A stretch of DNA of 32,000 nucleotides from Psychrobacter cryohalolentis K5 (GCF_000013905.1 NC_007968.1:1-32000); one strand, 5' to 3'; counted from the stretch's first letter, positions 9,453-17,845 are shown. The notes: generated by a model from the letters alone, not told the origin. Made by a program: numbers and translations.

Positions 9453-9800
9453 TTATGGATCTCCTAAAGTTCTGAGGTGACACTCATACTGTTGGTCTGC
9501 AGTGGCTAGCATTTCTTTATAAAAACGCTTTCTATTACCCTTATCACCAATACAAAGCACAATCGCTTGCCGCTTTGGGTCAAAGGCAAAAAAGGCTCTG
9601 AGTGGCTTGCCTCTGTGCTGAATACGCAACTCTTTCATGTTGGTAAACTTTGAATCATACACCGTATCTACTAAAGGGCGACCCAAGCTTGGACCTTGCT
9701 GTTCTAAAACCACCAAAGCTGCCAGTACTTTTTCTTGCGTTGATTCGTCTTGCTGATCAAACCATTGGTTGAACAGCTCTGTTGTGATGACAGTCCACAT
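9453..9800 (-). CDS. higB: HigB-like RelE/ParE-superfamily toxin (Gp49-like)
   Basis: LVDTVYDSKFTNMKELRIQHRGKPLRAFFAFDPKRQAIVLCIGDKG is typical of the family. The toxin-first order is as in higBA. Confidence 0.8.
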   Translation of the reverse strand: MWTVITTELFNQWFDQQDESTQEKVLAALVVLEQQGPSLGRPLVDTVYDSKFTNMKELRIQHRGKPLRAFFAFDPKRQAIVLCIGDKGNRKRFYKEMLATADQQYECHLRTLGDP

Positions 9801-9812
9801 ATAAAAACCAAT

Positions 9813-9832
9813 ATATAGATTATAGTCTATAT
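9813..9832. promoter_or_regulatory. Putative higBA operator palindrome
   Basis: ATATAGA-ttatag-TCTATAT lies immediately upstream of the higB start. Confidence 0.35.
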
Positions 9833-9904
9833 TATACAGCTAATCGAGACAGTCTGCAATTATAGTGAGCAGCTCTTAACAGCCTATGCTTAGTGGCGAC
9901 CATA

Positions 9905-10015
9905 TTTTCTATCGTTAACCTATACCCAAAACATAAAACCTCTAAACGATAATTTAGCTATCATTTGACTTATATTAGTAATTAAACGATAGTAATATCT
10001 TGCTATTATCAATGA
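9905..10015 (+). promoter_or_regulatory. Putative res region of the intact resolvase (three A[CT]GATA[AG]-type dyads)
   Basis: CTATCGTT (9909), AACGATAATTTAGCTATCATT (9946-9966) and ACGATAGTAATATCTTGCTATTATC (9987-10010) lie directly upstream of the recombinase gene. Confidence 0.35.
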
Positions 10016-10052
10016 ACATTAATTATTGAGTCTAAGTAATAGAGGTAGCGTT

Positions 10053-10649
10053 ATGACCGTTCGTATTTATGTGAGAGCAAGCACTAAGGATCAAGACGCT
10101 AAGAGAGCCTTGTCTGACTTGATTAACTTTAGCCAAAGCTATGATGATAACCATGTGGAGTACGTTGAACATTTCAGTGGTACGAAACTTGATAGACCCG
10201 CACTTACTCTATTACTCAGTGACGCTGAAGAAGGCGATATTCTGCTGGTTGAAAGCGTGGATAGATTAAGCCGATTATCTCAAGATGATTTTTCGATTCT
10301 AAAGCAGCGTATTAAAGATAAGGGCTTACGATTGGTGGTGGCTGATCTACCAACCACACATACGATGAGTGACGGTATGACAGGTGAGATCCTAAAAGTG
10401 ATTAACGATATGCTGATCGATTTATTAGCGACCATGGCAAAGCTTGATAATGACAAGCGTAGAGAGCGCATTAAACAAGGATTGGCCAACAGTGGCTATA
10501 AACCCACTGGTAAGAAAGCCAATACAGTGAAACACAATCGTATTAGAGCATTGGCCAGTCAAAACAATATGACAAAAGAAGAGATCGCTAAGGCGGTTGG
10601 TGTTGGCGTAGCTACCGTTTATCGTGTCTTAAAGCAGGTTAATAGCTGA
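10053..10649 (+). CDS. Small serine recombinase (resolvase/invertase family) with a C-terminal HTH
   Basis: IYVRASTKDQD carries the catalytic Ser, and VESVDRLSRL is present. The C-terminus EIAKAVGVGVATVYRVL is an HTH. I prefer the ATG at 10053 with the AGAGG RBS over the TTG at 10026. Confidence 0.85.
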   Translation: MTVRIYVRASTKDQDAKRALSDLINFSQSYDDNHVEYVEHFSGTKLDRPALTLLLSDAEEGDILLVESVDRLSRLSQDDFSILKQRIKDKGLRLVVADLPTTHTMSDGMTGEILKVINDMLIDLLATMAKLDNDKRRERIKQGLANSGYKPTGKKANTVKHNRIRALASQNNMTKEEIAKAVGVGVATVYRVLKQVNS

Positions 10650-10816
10650 GGTGTTTTAAATATCGACTCAACGTGATCTTTGGGCTTTATCTAAAGGCAT
10701 CACAACGTCATATAAAAATCGATTTAATGCAATAATGCTTCATTATAATCATTATATTGCATTCATAATTGTTTTTACGCAAAATGGCTTATCTATAATC
10801 GCTTGAGCCACTCATA

Positions 10817-12397
10817 ATGAATACCCCTACCTCAGACCCTATTGGCGCAGCATGGCTTATCCGTCATGCAAGCATCGAGCTGGTTTCCCCTTTATATGTC
10901 AGCAGCAGTATCGGTGGGCGCAGACAAACCTATAAAGACGGTGACGTCATTCATAACGCTTATCAGGAAACCGCGCGTCCACTGGACACAATCATTGCGC
11001 ACTTACAATTTCACATGCGTCATGAAGTACTGAGTTTAGAGTTACTGACTCGTCTGTTTGAGCAGATAGGGGCTGATGATGTACAAGCATGGGTAAACGC
11101 TGAGCCCACAGGCAGCTATGCCCGTAGAATGGCTTTCTTGTATGAATGGCTCATGGGTCAGCAGTTAGCAGTACCGAGTAATTTAGGCGGTAACTATGTG
11201 GACGCTTTAGATGCTAAGAAGCAGGTTACTTCAAGCCCTGCGCATGTCATCAAGAATGCTCGTTGGCGTATCAATGACAATCTAGCAGGAACCCGTCATT
11301 TCTGTCCGATACTGGTGAAAACAGAGGCCTTTACGCAAGCAGCTGCACTCGATATTGCCATGATGGTTGACAAACTTAACGATGAATTTGGGCAAGACTT
11401 ACTGATGCGTGCCTCCGTATGGATGACATTACGAGAGAGTAAAGCCAGCTTTACCATAGAAGGTGAAGGGAAAGAGTTAAAACGTATTGAACGTTTCGCC
11501 GATGTAATGGCACGGCGCACAGGCAAGGGCGATATTCCGCTTGATCCTGAGTCGCTAGCAGAGTTGCAACAAGAGATATTGGGTAGTAAAACTATTATTC
11601 AGCAGTACGGCATCCGTCAATCACCAGTTTTTGTGTCGCATACTCAGGTCAATGGCTTTAAAGAGATTGTGCACTATATCGCGCCACCTGCTGATGACAT
11701 TGCTGAAAAGCTCAAAGGGTTACAGGCATTTATGGAAAAGACCGAGGGGCAATCGGCACTGATACGTAGTGCGGTTGCTTCCTTTGCTTTTGTATATATT
11801 CATCCGCTGGCGGATGGCAATGGCCGTGTACATCGCTTCTTAATTAATGACGTCCTCAGGCGAGACCAGGTCATTCATGAGCCGATTATCCTACCTATAT
11901 CACAAGCCATTGCTGAGCATCCCTCAGACCGTCATGCCTATGATAAAATTTTAGACCGTGTATCCGTGCCACTTATGGAGCAAATCCGTGATCATTACAG
12001 CTTTAATAAACAGGTGATTACTTACCCTGATGGTATTCGCTCAAACTTAAATTTTGAAAACACTCACCTTATTCAACCGGCATGGCGCTTTATGGACTTA
12101 ACGCCTCACGTTCAGTACTTATCAGGATTGATTGCTCATGTTATTGAAAAAGAGATGCATAACGAGTCGCAGTACCTAAGAAAGCATGACCATGCACGAC
12201 TGGCGATAAAAGAGATTGTTGAGATGCCCAACAGCTATGCCGATAGAATCATTCGCAGCATGCTACAAAATAAGGGTGTTAAAAGTAATAAGCTACTGAA
12301 GGATTATCCGTTTTTGGCAAATAATGAGGTTTGGGACGATATTTTCTCTGTCGTTGTAGAAACTTTTAAAGATGAAGCAGATGGTTTGAATAGTTAG
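10817..12397 (+). CDS. Fic-family protein (predicted AMPylase), class II type with an N-terminal inhibitory motif
   Basis: The Fic motif is HPLADGNGRVHRFLIN. The upstream SFTIEG matches the [ST]xxxE[GN] inhibitory helix. Confidence 0.85.
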   Translation: MNTPTSDPIGAAWLIRHASIELVSPLYVSSSIGGRRQTYKDGDVIHNAYQETARPLDTIIAHLQFHMRHEVLSLELLTRLFEQIGADDVQAWVNAEPTGSYARRMAFLYEWLMGQQLAVPSNLGGNYVDALDAKKQVTSSPAHVIKNARWRINDNLAGTRHFCPILVKTEAFTQAAALDIAMMVDKLNDEFGQDLLMRASVWMTLRESKASFTIEGEGKELKRIERFADVMARRTGKGDIPLDPESLAELQQEILGSKTIIQQYGIRQSPVFVSHTQVNGFKEIVHYIAPPADDIAEKLKGLQAFMEKTEGQSALIRSAVASFAFVYIHPLADGNGRVHRFLINDVLRRDQVIHEPIILPISQAIAEHPSDRHAYDKILDRVSVPLMEQIRDHYSFNKQVITYPDGIRSNLNFENTHLIQPAWRFMDLTPHVQYLSGLIAHVIEKEMHNESQYLRKHDHARLAIKEIVEMPNSYADRIIRSMLQNKGVKSNKLLKDYPFLANNEVWDDIFSVVVETFKDEADGLNS

Positions 12398-12605
12398 AAC
12401 AAACCCTGCTATACGCAGGAAAGTCTGCCTTGATAATCAAGCTCAAGCTAGTATCAGTATCATCGTTGCAATAATGATTCGTTTATAAAAGATTCGGCTA
12501 ACATACCGTAGCCTAAAGCGTAATTAGTATTTTTCTTGAGCCTATTTAATTTAATGAAATACTGATAGGAGGCTATTTTGATTTGACAAGCATGAATATA
12601 TATAA

Positions 12606-13178
12606 TTAAAATAATTTTGAGTATTTGAGTATTTGAGTATTTGAGTATTTGAGTATTTGAGTATTTGAGTATTTGAGTATTTGAGTATTTGAGTATTTGA
12701 GTATTTGAGTATTTACCTTAGTACAAGCAATACATTGCATCTGACGGTTAAGTCCATCCTCATAGTCCTTTTTAACAATAGCAGCGAGCATATCAAGCAT
12801 AATCGAATTAATGGTCTGTAATATGCTGATCATAAATTCAATGCTACTCTCAGATTGAGGCGTCATACAAGAGATCGGCAGCTCTTTTGATACGATAGAG
12901 AGCTTTTTTTCTGATAGCATTCTTTTGAGCGTATCCCAATCAGCTTGGTTCAAACGCGCCAAGCGATCAATCTGCTCAACCAAGATAACATCGGCCTTAT
13001 GAGCATCTTCAATCAGCTGCATAAGCGTGGGTCGCACCAAGGTAGCGCCTGATTCGTTTTAGACATAGAAGGCAGCAATTTTGTGGCCATGATCGTTGGC
13101 AAATGCTATGAGTTCGCTTTTGGCACGTTTAGCATCTTGTTCTTTGGTAGACGCTCGTAGATACGCTCTGATAAACAT
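12606..13178 (-). pseudogene. Decayed serine recombinase gene
   Basis: The minus strand from the ATG at 13178 reads MFIRAYLRASTKEQDAKRAKSELIAFANDHGHKIAAFYV. An in-frame TAA follows (13059-13061), and then NESGATLVRPTLMQLIEDA...VEQIDRLARL. The C-terminal HTH is missing and is replaced by the read-through of the 8-bp repeat array. Confidence 0.75.
12619..12714. repeat. Perfect tandem array (GAGTATTT)x12, i.e. ACTC boxes with AAAT spacers on the other strand; candidate parH-like centromere
   Basis: I counted twelve units directly, starting at 12619 with an exact 8-bp period. Confidence 0.9.
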
Positions 13179-13184
13179 AAACAC

Positions 13185-13300
13185 CTAAAATAGTCTGTTA
13201 TAAGTGGTTCCATTATACCAGTCTGTTTTAAGTGGTCTGTTAATAGGTTTGAAGGCCGAAATAACTGGTTCCCTTGGGGTATACTTTTAAGAACTGACTA
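13185..13300 (-). repeat. Site e: GTATAC core (13279-13284), inverted partner of site d; res-like region upstream of the decayed resolvase
   Basis: It aligns with site d as described there. Three direct GTCTGTT motifs lie at 13193, 13221 and 13235. The dyad centre is about 100 bp from the pseudogene ATG at 13178. Confidence 0.65.
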
Positions 13301-13753
13301 AGATTTATCATTTTTTAGCAGTTGCTCCGCTATTCTTTCTTCCCATTCAGTTTTAGAAAGACGACCTGTATTTTGCATCTTTATATCTTTTAAAACCTTA
13401 TGATGAGCATCAAGGTGGTTAATCATATTGATAATATTATTTTGCTGACGCTTTGTTTCAGCGAGCTTTTGGGTAATAACACTCAATTGTTTATCAACAT
13501 CAATCGTGCCATCGTAATAATCATTCAGGAATTCTTTAAATTCATTCAGATTAAACCCGATGGCTTGCGCACTCTTAATCATTTCAATACGCTCAACACA
13601 TTCTGGATGAAATTCAGTGTACAGTCTTGAGCCTGCTTGGCATTTGCGAGATTTCAATAATCCCATTTCATAGTAATGGCGAACCGTATCTTTGGTGGTG
13701 TTAGCTTGCGCTGCTAACGCCCCTATTAATAAAAAAGATGAGTGTGACGGCAT
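13298..13753 (-). CDS. MerR-family transcriptional regulator
   Basis: IGALAAQANTTKDTVRHYYEMGLL is a MerR HTH. The ATG at 13753 is preceded by GGGAGG, and the TTG at 13768 is less likely. Confidence 0.8.
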   Translation of the reverse strand: MPSHSSFLLIGALAAQANTTKDTVRHYYEMGLLKSRKCQAGSRLYTEFHPECVERIEMIKSAQAIGFNLNEFKEFLNDYYDGTIDVDKQLSVITQKLAETKRQQNNIINMINHLDAHHKVLKDIKMQNTGRLSKTEWEERIAEQLLKNDKS

Positions 13754-13825
13754 AGCATAACCTCCCAAAAATGAACTTCATTTAGCTTTTACTCTTATGA
13801 CCTATGTAGAAGCACTATAGATAAA

Positions 13826-14272
13826 TTATTCAGCTAACATTACTTCTAGCTTGGGTTTAATAATAAGTGACACAATAACTGAAAACACGATGCCGATCGG
13901 TAAGGCTGCCAGTAAAGTGGTAGCCCAAACAGCAGCAAGAGAGTTCCAATCAGAGAAACCATTGGTGTTAATGGTAGTAATCACTGCCATAATGGATTCC
14001 ATTGTCACTGCCATACATAAGCCAAAAATAACGTTCATTTTAACTTTTGAGATATTGGGCAATATTGCCGCTAAAGCTTTATGAATCAGCATGGCAATAA
14101 TGCCACCAATGGGTGCAATGAAAACCACGCATAGCGCAAAAGAGCTTATCCAAGACGCTAAAAACCTCTCATTAAACTCTATACTTTTCCAGGTCATGAC
14201 AAAAGTGAGTGTGCCACCAATAACGATGACTATGCTGAGAATGATACCTATTTTTTTAAGAAGTTTAGGCAC
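13826..14272 (-). CDS. Small 4-TM membrane protein, possibly DUF2798-like
   Basis: It has two tandem two-helix units and lies immediately upstream of the MerR gene on the same strand. The family call is from memory only. Confidence 0.5.
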   Translation of the reverse strand: MPKLLKKIGIILSIVIVIGGTLTFVMTWKSIEFNERFLASWISSFALCVVFIAPIGGIIAMLIHKALAAILPNISKVKMNVIFGLCMAVTMESIMAVITTINTNGFSDWNSLAAVWATTLLAALPIGIVFSVIVSLIIKPKLEVMLAE

Positions 14273-14544
14273 TGGACTATCCGTACTAGATGAAGGGCAG
14301 GTAGTCTAAGCTTATTTTTTCGATAAGTGCAGTCTTGTTCTTCAAGATTTTTTCTGTACAAACAACAGAAACGAGTAGAGCAGAAGGTAAGATGGAAAAA
14401 TACCTCATCTAGAGATTTTATAGTTATTAAACTCATATCTAACACTAGCAATTCGATACCTGTATAGCGCACCGATCACAAACAGAATATGTTAGGTACA
14501 CTACGAAGTACACTGTGACTATTTAAGTGCGCAAAACCATTGAT

Positions 14545-14620
14545 ACCATTAGCTTACAGCCGAAGATTCAAGTCCTCACTAGGGAACCGAACCAGTGAAA
14601 TTGGTTTGTCATAGGCATAC
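14545..14620 (-). repeat. Site f: degenerate core GCATAC (14615-14620), inverted partner of site b
   Basis: The reverse complement reads GTATGCCTATGACAAACCAATTTCACTGGTTCGGTTCCCTAGTGAGGACTTGAATCTTCGGCTGTAAG. Confidence 0.7.
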
Positions 14621-14635
14621 TTACAATAGATTATA

Positions 14636-14836
14636 GTGCAATGGGAAGATAGAACTAAGACAATTAAAGAGCTGATTAAAGAACTCCAAAGTTTTGAGGA
14701 TCAAAACTTGATTGTTATGATAACTAATGATGAAGGTGAAACATTTAACTCGGTAAAGTTGGTTAGCAAAGGGTTTGTAGCTAATAAAGATGATCCTGAT
14801 AAATATAAGAAAATTTATTGTGCTTTACACTTCTAA
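14636..14836 (+). CDS. Hypothetical small protein (GTG start)
   Basis: This rests on the ORF only. There is no recognisable family and the start context is weak. Confidence 0.25.
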   Translation: MQWEDRTKTIKELIKELQSFEDQNLIVMITNDEGETFNSVKLVSKGFVANKDDPDKYKKIYCALHF

Positions 14837-15049
14837 GCTTTAAGACCATCTAAGACAGTTAGTTAGTTTTTTAATCCCTAAACCCATGAAAATCGGTTGG
14901 GGGGTGATTTTTTTGCCGTGTGCAGAGAAAAGCAAGTCAAAGATTTTTTTTACTAGCTGCTTTAGCGATAACCATTATTTAAGATAATCTCGTTAAAGCA
15001 GCTATGACCTAACCTTTAAATGTTAAAAGTTAAGGGTAAATTTGAAAAA

Positions 15050-16213
15050 TTAAGGAGTTAAAATGACTTTACGACATTCTTCTTCACGCTTTTCGAAAAT
15101 TTCATAACCTTTAGCAGCGTCAGACAAATTCATACGGTGAGTAATAATAGCTTCAGGTGATAAATCACCATTTTCAATATACTCTAATAATTGTGGTAGA
15201 TACTTGTGTACATGGGTTTGGCCCATTTTGAAAGTAAGCCCTTTATCAAAAGCATCACCAAATAAGAAACCATGAATGGGTCCTGCATACACACCCGGAA
15301 CACTAACGACCCCGCCACGACGCACAGCTGCAATACATTGACGTAAAGCTGCACCACTTGACCCTTCAATTTTTAAATTGGTCATTATTGTTTCTAGCAT
15401 GCTGCCTTTGGCTTCAAAGCCAATCGCATCGATAACGCTGTCAACGCCGCGATGCCCTTTGGTCTGTTCAATAATAAATTCAGCAGCATCTACCTTATCG
15501 AAATTAACCGGAATAGCACCGTAGGTATCTTTCGCGTACTGCAAACGGTAGTCATTATGATCTACCACGAAGATCTGCTCAGCGCCTAACATTTTGGCAC
15601 AAGCTGCTGATAACAACCCCACAGGACCCGCACCATAAATAGCTACGGTTGAACCTTTAGTAATATTGGCATTAGTCACCGCCTGCCAAGCAGTCGGTAA
15701 AATATCTGATAAAAATAAAACCTTCTCATCTGACAGTGAGCCATTTACTTTGAACGGATTAAAATTACCTTTAGGAACCCGTACAAATTCTGCTTGTCCA
15801 CCAGGAATCCCACCATATAAATGGCTAAAACCAAATAAAGCAGCCGGTGGCGGAATTATTTTTTTATTAATAGCAGCGCCTGGGCCTGTATTTGTAGTCT
15901 CACAAGCGGACATTAGGTCATGCTGACAGAAAAAGCAGTTACCACATGCAATAACAAAAGGAATAACAACTCTATCGCCTTTTTTAACAGCAGTGACTTC
16001 AGAGCCTACTTCTTCAACCACGCCCATAAACTCATGACCGAAGATATCGCCTTCCTCGGTTGCAGGCATTTTGCCACGATACAGGTGTAAATCTGAGCCA
16101 CAAATTGCAGTCGCAGTCACACGTAAAATAACATCATCTTTTTCTTGCAGTTTAGGCTCTGGGACATTGTCCACTCGCACATCTTTAGCACCGTGGTAAG
16201 TTAAAGCACGCAT
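15050..16213 (-). CDS. Zinc-dependent alcohol/formaldehyde dehydrogenase family oxidoreductase (MDR superfamily)
   Basis: Supporting motifs are [24 protein letters not shown], the structural-Zn cysteines CGNCFFC and the Rossmann motif [10 protein letters not shown]. Confidence 0.85.
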   Translation of the reverse strand: MRALTYHGAKDVRVDNVPEPKLQEKDDVILRVTATAICGSDLHLYRGKMPATEEGDIFGHEFMGVVEEVGSEVTAVKKGDRVVIPFVIACGNCFFCQHDLMSACETTNTGPGAAINKKIIPPPAALFGFSHLYGGIPGGQAEFVRVPKGNFNPFKVNGSLSDEKVLFLSDILPTAWQAVTNANITKGSTVAIYGAGPVGLLSAACAKMLGAEQIFVVDHNDYRLQYAKDTYGAIPVNFDKVDAAEFIIEQTKGHRGVDSVIDAIGFEAKGSMLETIMTNLKIEGSSGAALRQCIAAVRRGGVVSVPGVYAGPIHGFLFGDAFDKGLTFKMGQTHVHKYLPQLLEYIENGDLSPEAIITHRMNLSDAAKGYEIFEKREEECRKVILTP

Positions 16214-16423
16214 AATTTCTCCAATTAAGCAAAGATTGCAAAATCTCGATAAACAATAATCTGTGATAATACAAGATGAAAGTTATTAGAATCAGTGGTT
16301 TATGTTATCTAAGTTAAGTATTACTCAATTATATTAGCACCTTGAAAAACAAGATTTATAATCAACGTGTGTTAAAAAGGTTGCGTGTTGTAAGTAAAAA
16401 ATTGTAGTGGTCAACTAATTTAG

Positions 16424-16663
16424 GACACTAATAAAATTCAAACCTACATCGCCATTCCTTATAAACCTGAGTCGAGAACGGATAATAATTATAAGCGTTG
16501 GGGCAACTTTTATGACCGCCAAGATCTGTTAGTAGGTGACGAATTATGGCAGCTTGTGTCAGGTGGTCAGTTTTCACTCAATGATATGGTTGATATTTTT
16601 AGAGAGGTCGGTGCTGAGTCTAAAGAAGATATCGAGAAGGCTTTAAATACAGATCATTTTTGA
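16424..16663 (+). pseudogene. 3-prime remnant of a gene, possibly a type II restriction endonuclease (TdeIII-like C-terminus)
   Basis: The frame is open from the stop at 16421 and has no start codon. It reads ...IAIPYKPESRTDNNYKRWGNFYDRQDLLVGDELWQLVSGGQFSLNDMVDIFREVG...*. The resemblance is from memory. Confidence 0.3.
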
Positions 16664-16820
16664 ATCAACAGCTTAGTTATATTAAATCAGTAAATGAATC
16701 CGTCACTCTGCTCGTCTACAATGAAAGCTTCATAATCTCATTAAAAAACTATTGTTTCTCTAGGGAATTTAGAACATATAAAAAATGCCCCCCTACTACT
16801 TGACGTAATAAGGGGGGGTA

Positions 16821-16896
16821 TAGAGCCTTTCCTAAAAAGTGTGTAACTATCATTTAGATTGTAGAAGTACTTACACGAAATTTAGGAAAGGCTCTA
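16821..16896. repeat. 16-bp perfect inverted repeat TAGAGCCTTTCCTAAA / TTTAGGAAAGGCTCTA with a 44-nt spacer
   Basis: I read it directly at 16821-16836 and 16881-16896. It is adjacent to the ColE2-type origin. Confidence 0.7.
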
Positions 16897-16917
16897 ATAA
16901 AAAGATGCCGGAAGAAT

Positions 16918-16955
16918 ACCCCAAACGGCTGTTATCTGATTTAGGCTTATCCAGT
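16918..16955 (-). other. ColE2-type replication origin
   Basis: The minus strand of 16921-16952 reads GGATAAGCCTAAATCAGATAACAGCCGTTTGG. This is close to my recollection of the ColE2-P9 ori core (AGATAAGCCTTATCAGATAACAGCGCC). It lies just 3-prime of the rep stop, as in ColE2. Confidence 0.6.
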
Positions 16956-16963
16956 GCAACTTT

Positions 16964-17845
16964 TTAAAGCTTACCTAGTTTCTTATGATTATAATAAGTT
17001 CTTCTCGAAATACCTAAGTCTTCCCAAGGCTTCATAGATTGCTCTGACGTAGCTATAGGCTTACGTTTAGATACCTTACCGCCTTTACTACCCTTAAGTG
17101 CCTGCCGATAAATAAACTCATTATAGTGATAAGCATCACGCTTCCAACAGTATTTAGCAATGCTTTTTGCAGTAGCCTTGATTTCTGAGTACGGTAACGG
17201 CTCTGAAAACATCATATTCACGCTTTGAGCGTGCTTAAGTACTGAACTGTACCATTGATCCCAAGTCTTGCCTCGATGCTCTCTAATGGCAGAATAAGCC
17301 CAATGGCGAACGGTATCGAACAGGGAGCAGTTCCTTCCAAGCCCATATTCTTTCTCGTTAGACGTTAAAGGTCTGAGATCTACGAACTCCGCAAGATAAT
17401 TTAGCTCATAGGCTTCTTTCGTCCATACTTCGGTACGCCAATGTTCGTGCAGGGGGTTTTTGGTGATGAAATTGGTATAACCAACGTCTGCGCGACTTGC
17501 TCTGACAAGCCCTGCTTGTATCTTAGCGAGATAATCTAAGGCTTTACGACTGCCATGCTCACTGGTACAAACAGGCGTTTTTAGCTCATAGACGATATGG
17601 GCGTGTCCGTTTGAGGGGTTTTGGCTTGTCCACCGTGGCGGTGGTAGGTATTCTTCTGCCCATCGCATAGCGCCATGCTCATGATCAATGTCTAAGCAGA
17701 TAAAATGAGTCATGCAAGGGGGGTTGTGCTGGATGTACCGCATTTTGACGGCAGTTTGCCTAGGACGAATGACAAGATTACCTAAACCATCGGTGCAATA
17801 GGGCTTGTAGGGGAGTGTTTCGTATATTTCCGGTAGTAATAACAT
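16964..17845 (-). CDS. ColE2/ColE3-type plasmid replication initiator (Rep primase)
   Basis: LPYKPYCTD, NPSNGHAHIVY, YGLGRNCSLFD and the C-terminal KPWEDLGISRRTYY parallel ColE2 Rep. I prefer the ATG at 17845 by homology, but the ORF is open back to a GTG at 17920. Confidence 0.85.
   Translation of the reverse strand: MLLLPEIYETLPYKPYCTDGLGNLVIRPRQTAVKMRYIQHNPPCMTHFICLDIDHEHGAMRWAEEYLPPPRWTSQNPSNGHAHIVYELKTPVCTSEHGSRKALDYLAKIQAGLVRASRADVGYTNFITKNPLHEHWRTEVWTKEAYELNYLAEFVDLRPLTSNEKEYGLGRNCSLFDTVRHWAYSAIREHRGKTWDQWYSSVLKHAQSVNMMFSEPLPYSEIKATAKSIAKYCWKRDAYHYNEFIYRQALKGSKGGKVSKRKPIATSEQSMKPWEDLGISRRTYYNHKKLGKL

Noticed and set aside
10026-10052. The alternative upstream starts given by the ORF track: TTG at 10026 for the resolvase (shown by these coordinates) and 26870 for Rep_3. 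17920 is also the ORF-track start for ColE2 Rep.
   Set aside because: For the first two, the internal ATGs sit behind better RBS-like sequences, and family N-termini align there. For ColE2 Rep, the ATG at 17845 rests on N-terminal homology only, with no clear RBS. The longer forms cannot be excluded without experimental data.
12606-12720. The NTQILKYS x4 peptide repeat at the C-terminus of the 144-aa ORF.
   Set aside because: It is the translation of the 8-bp DNA repeat read through three registers. The gene is a pseudogene with an upstream in-frame stop, so the peptide is not a real protein repeat.
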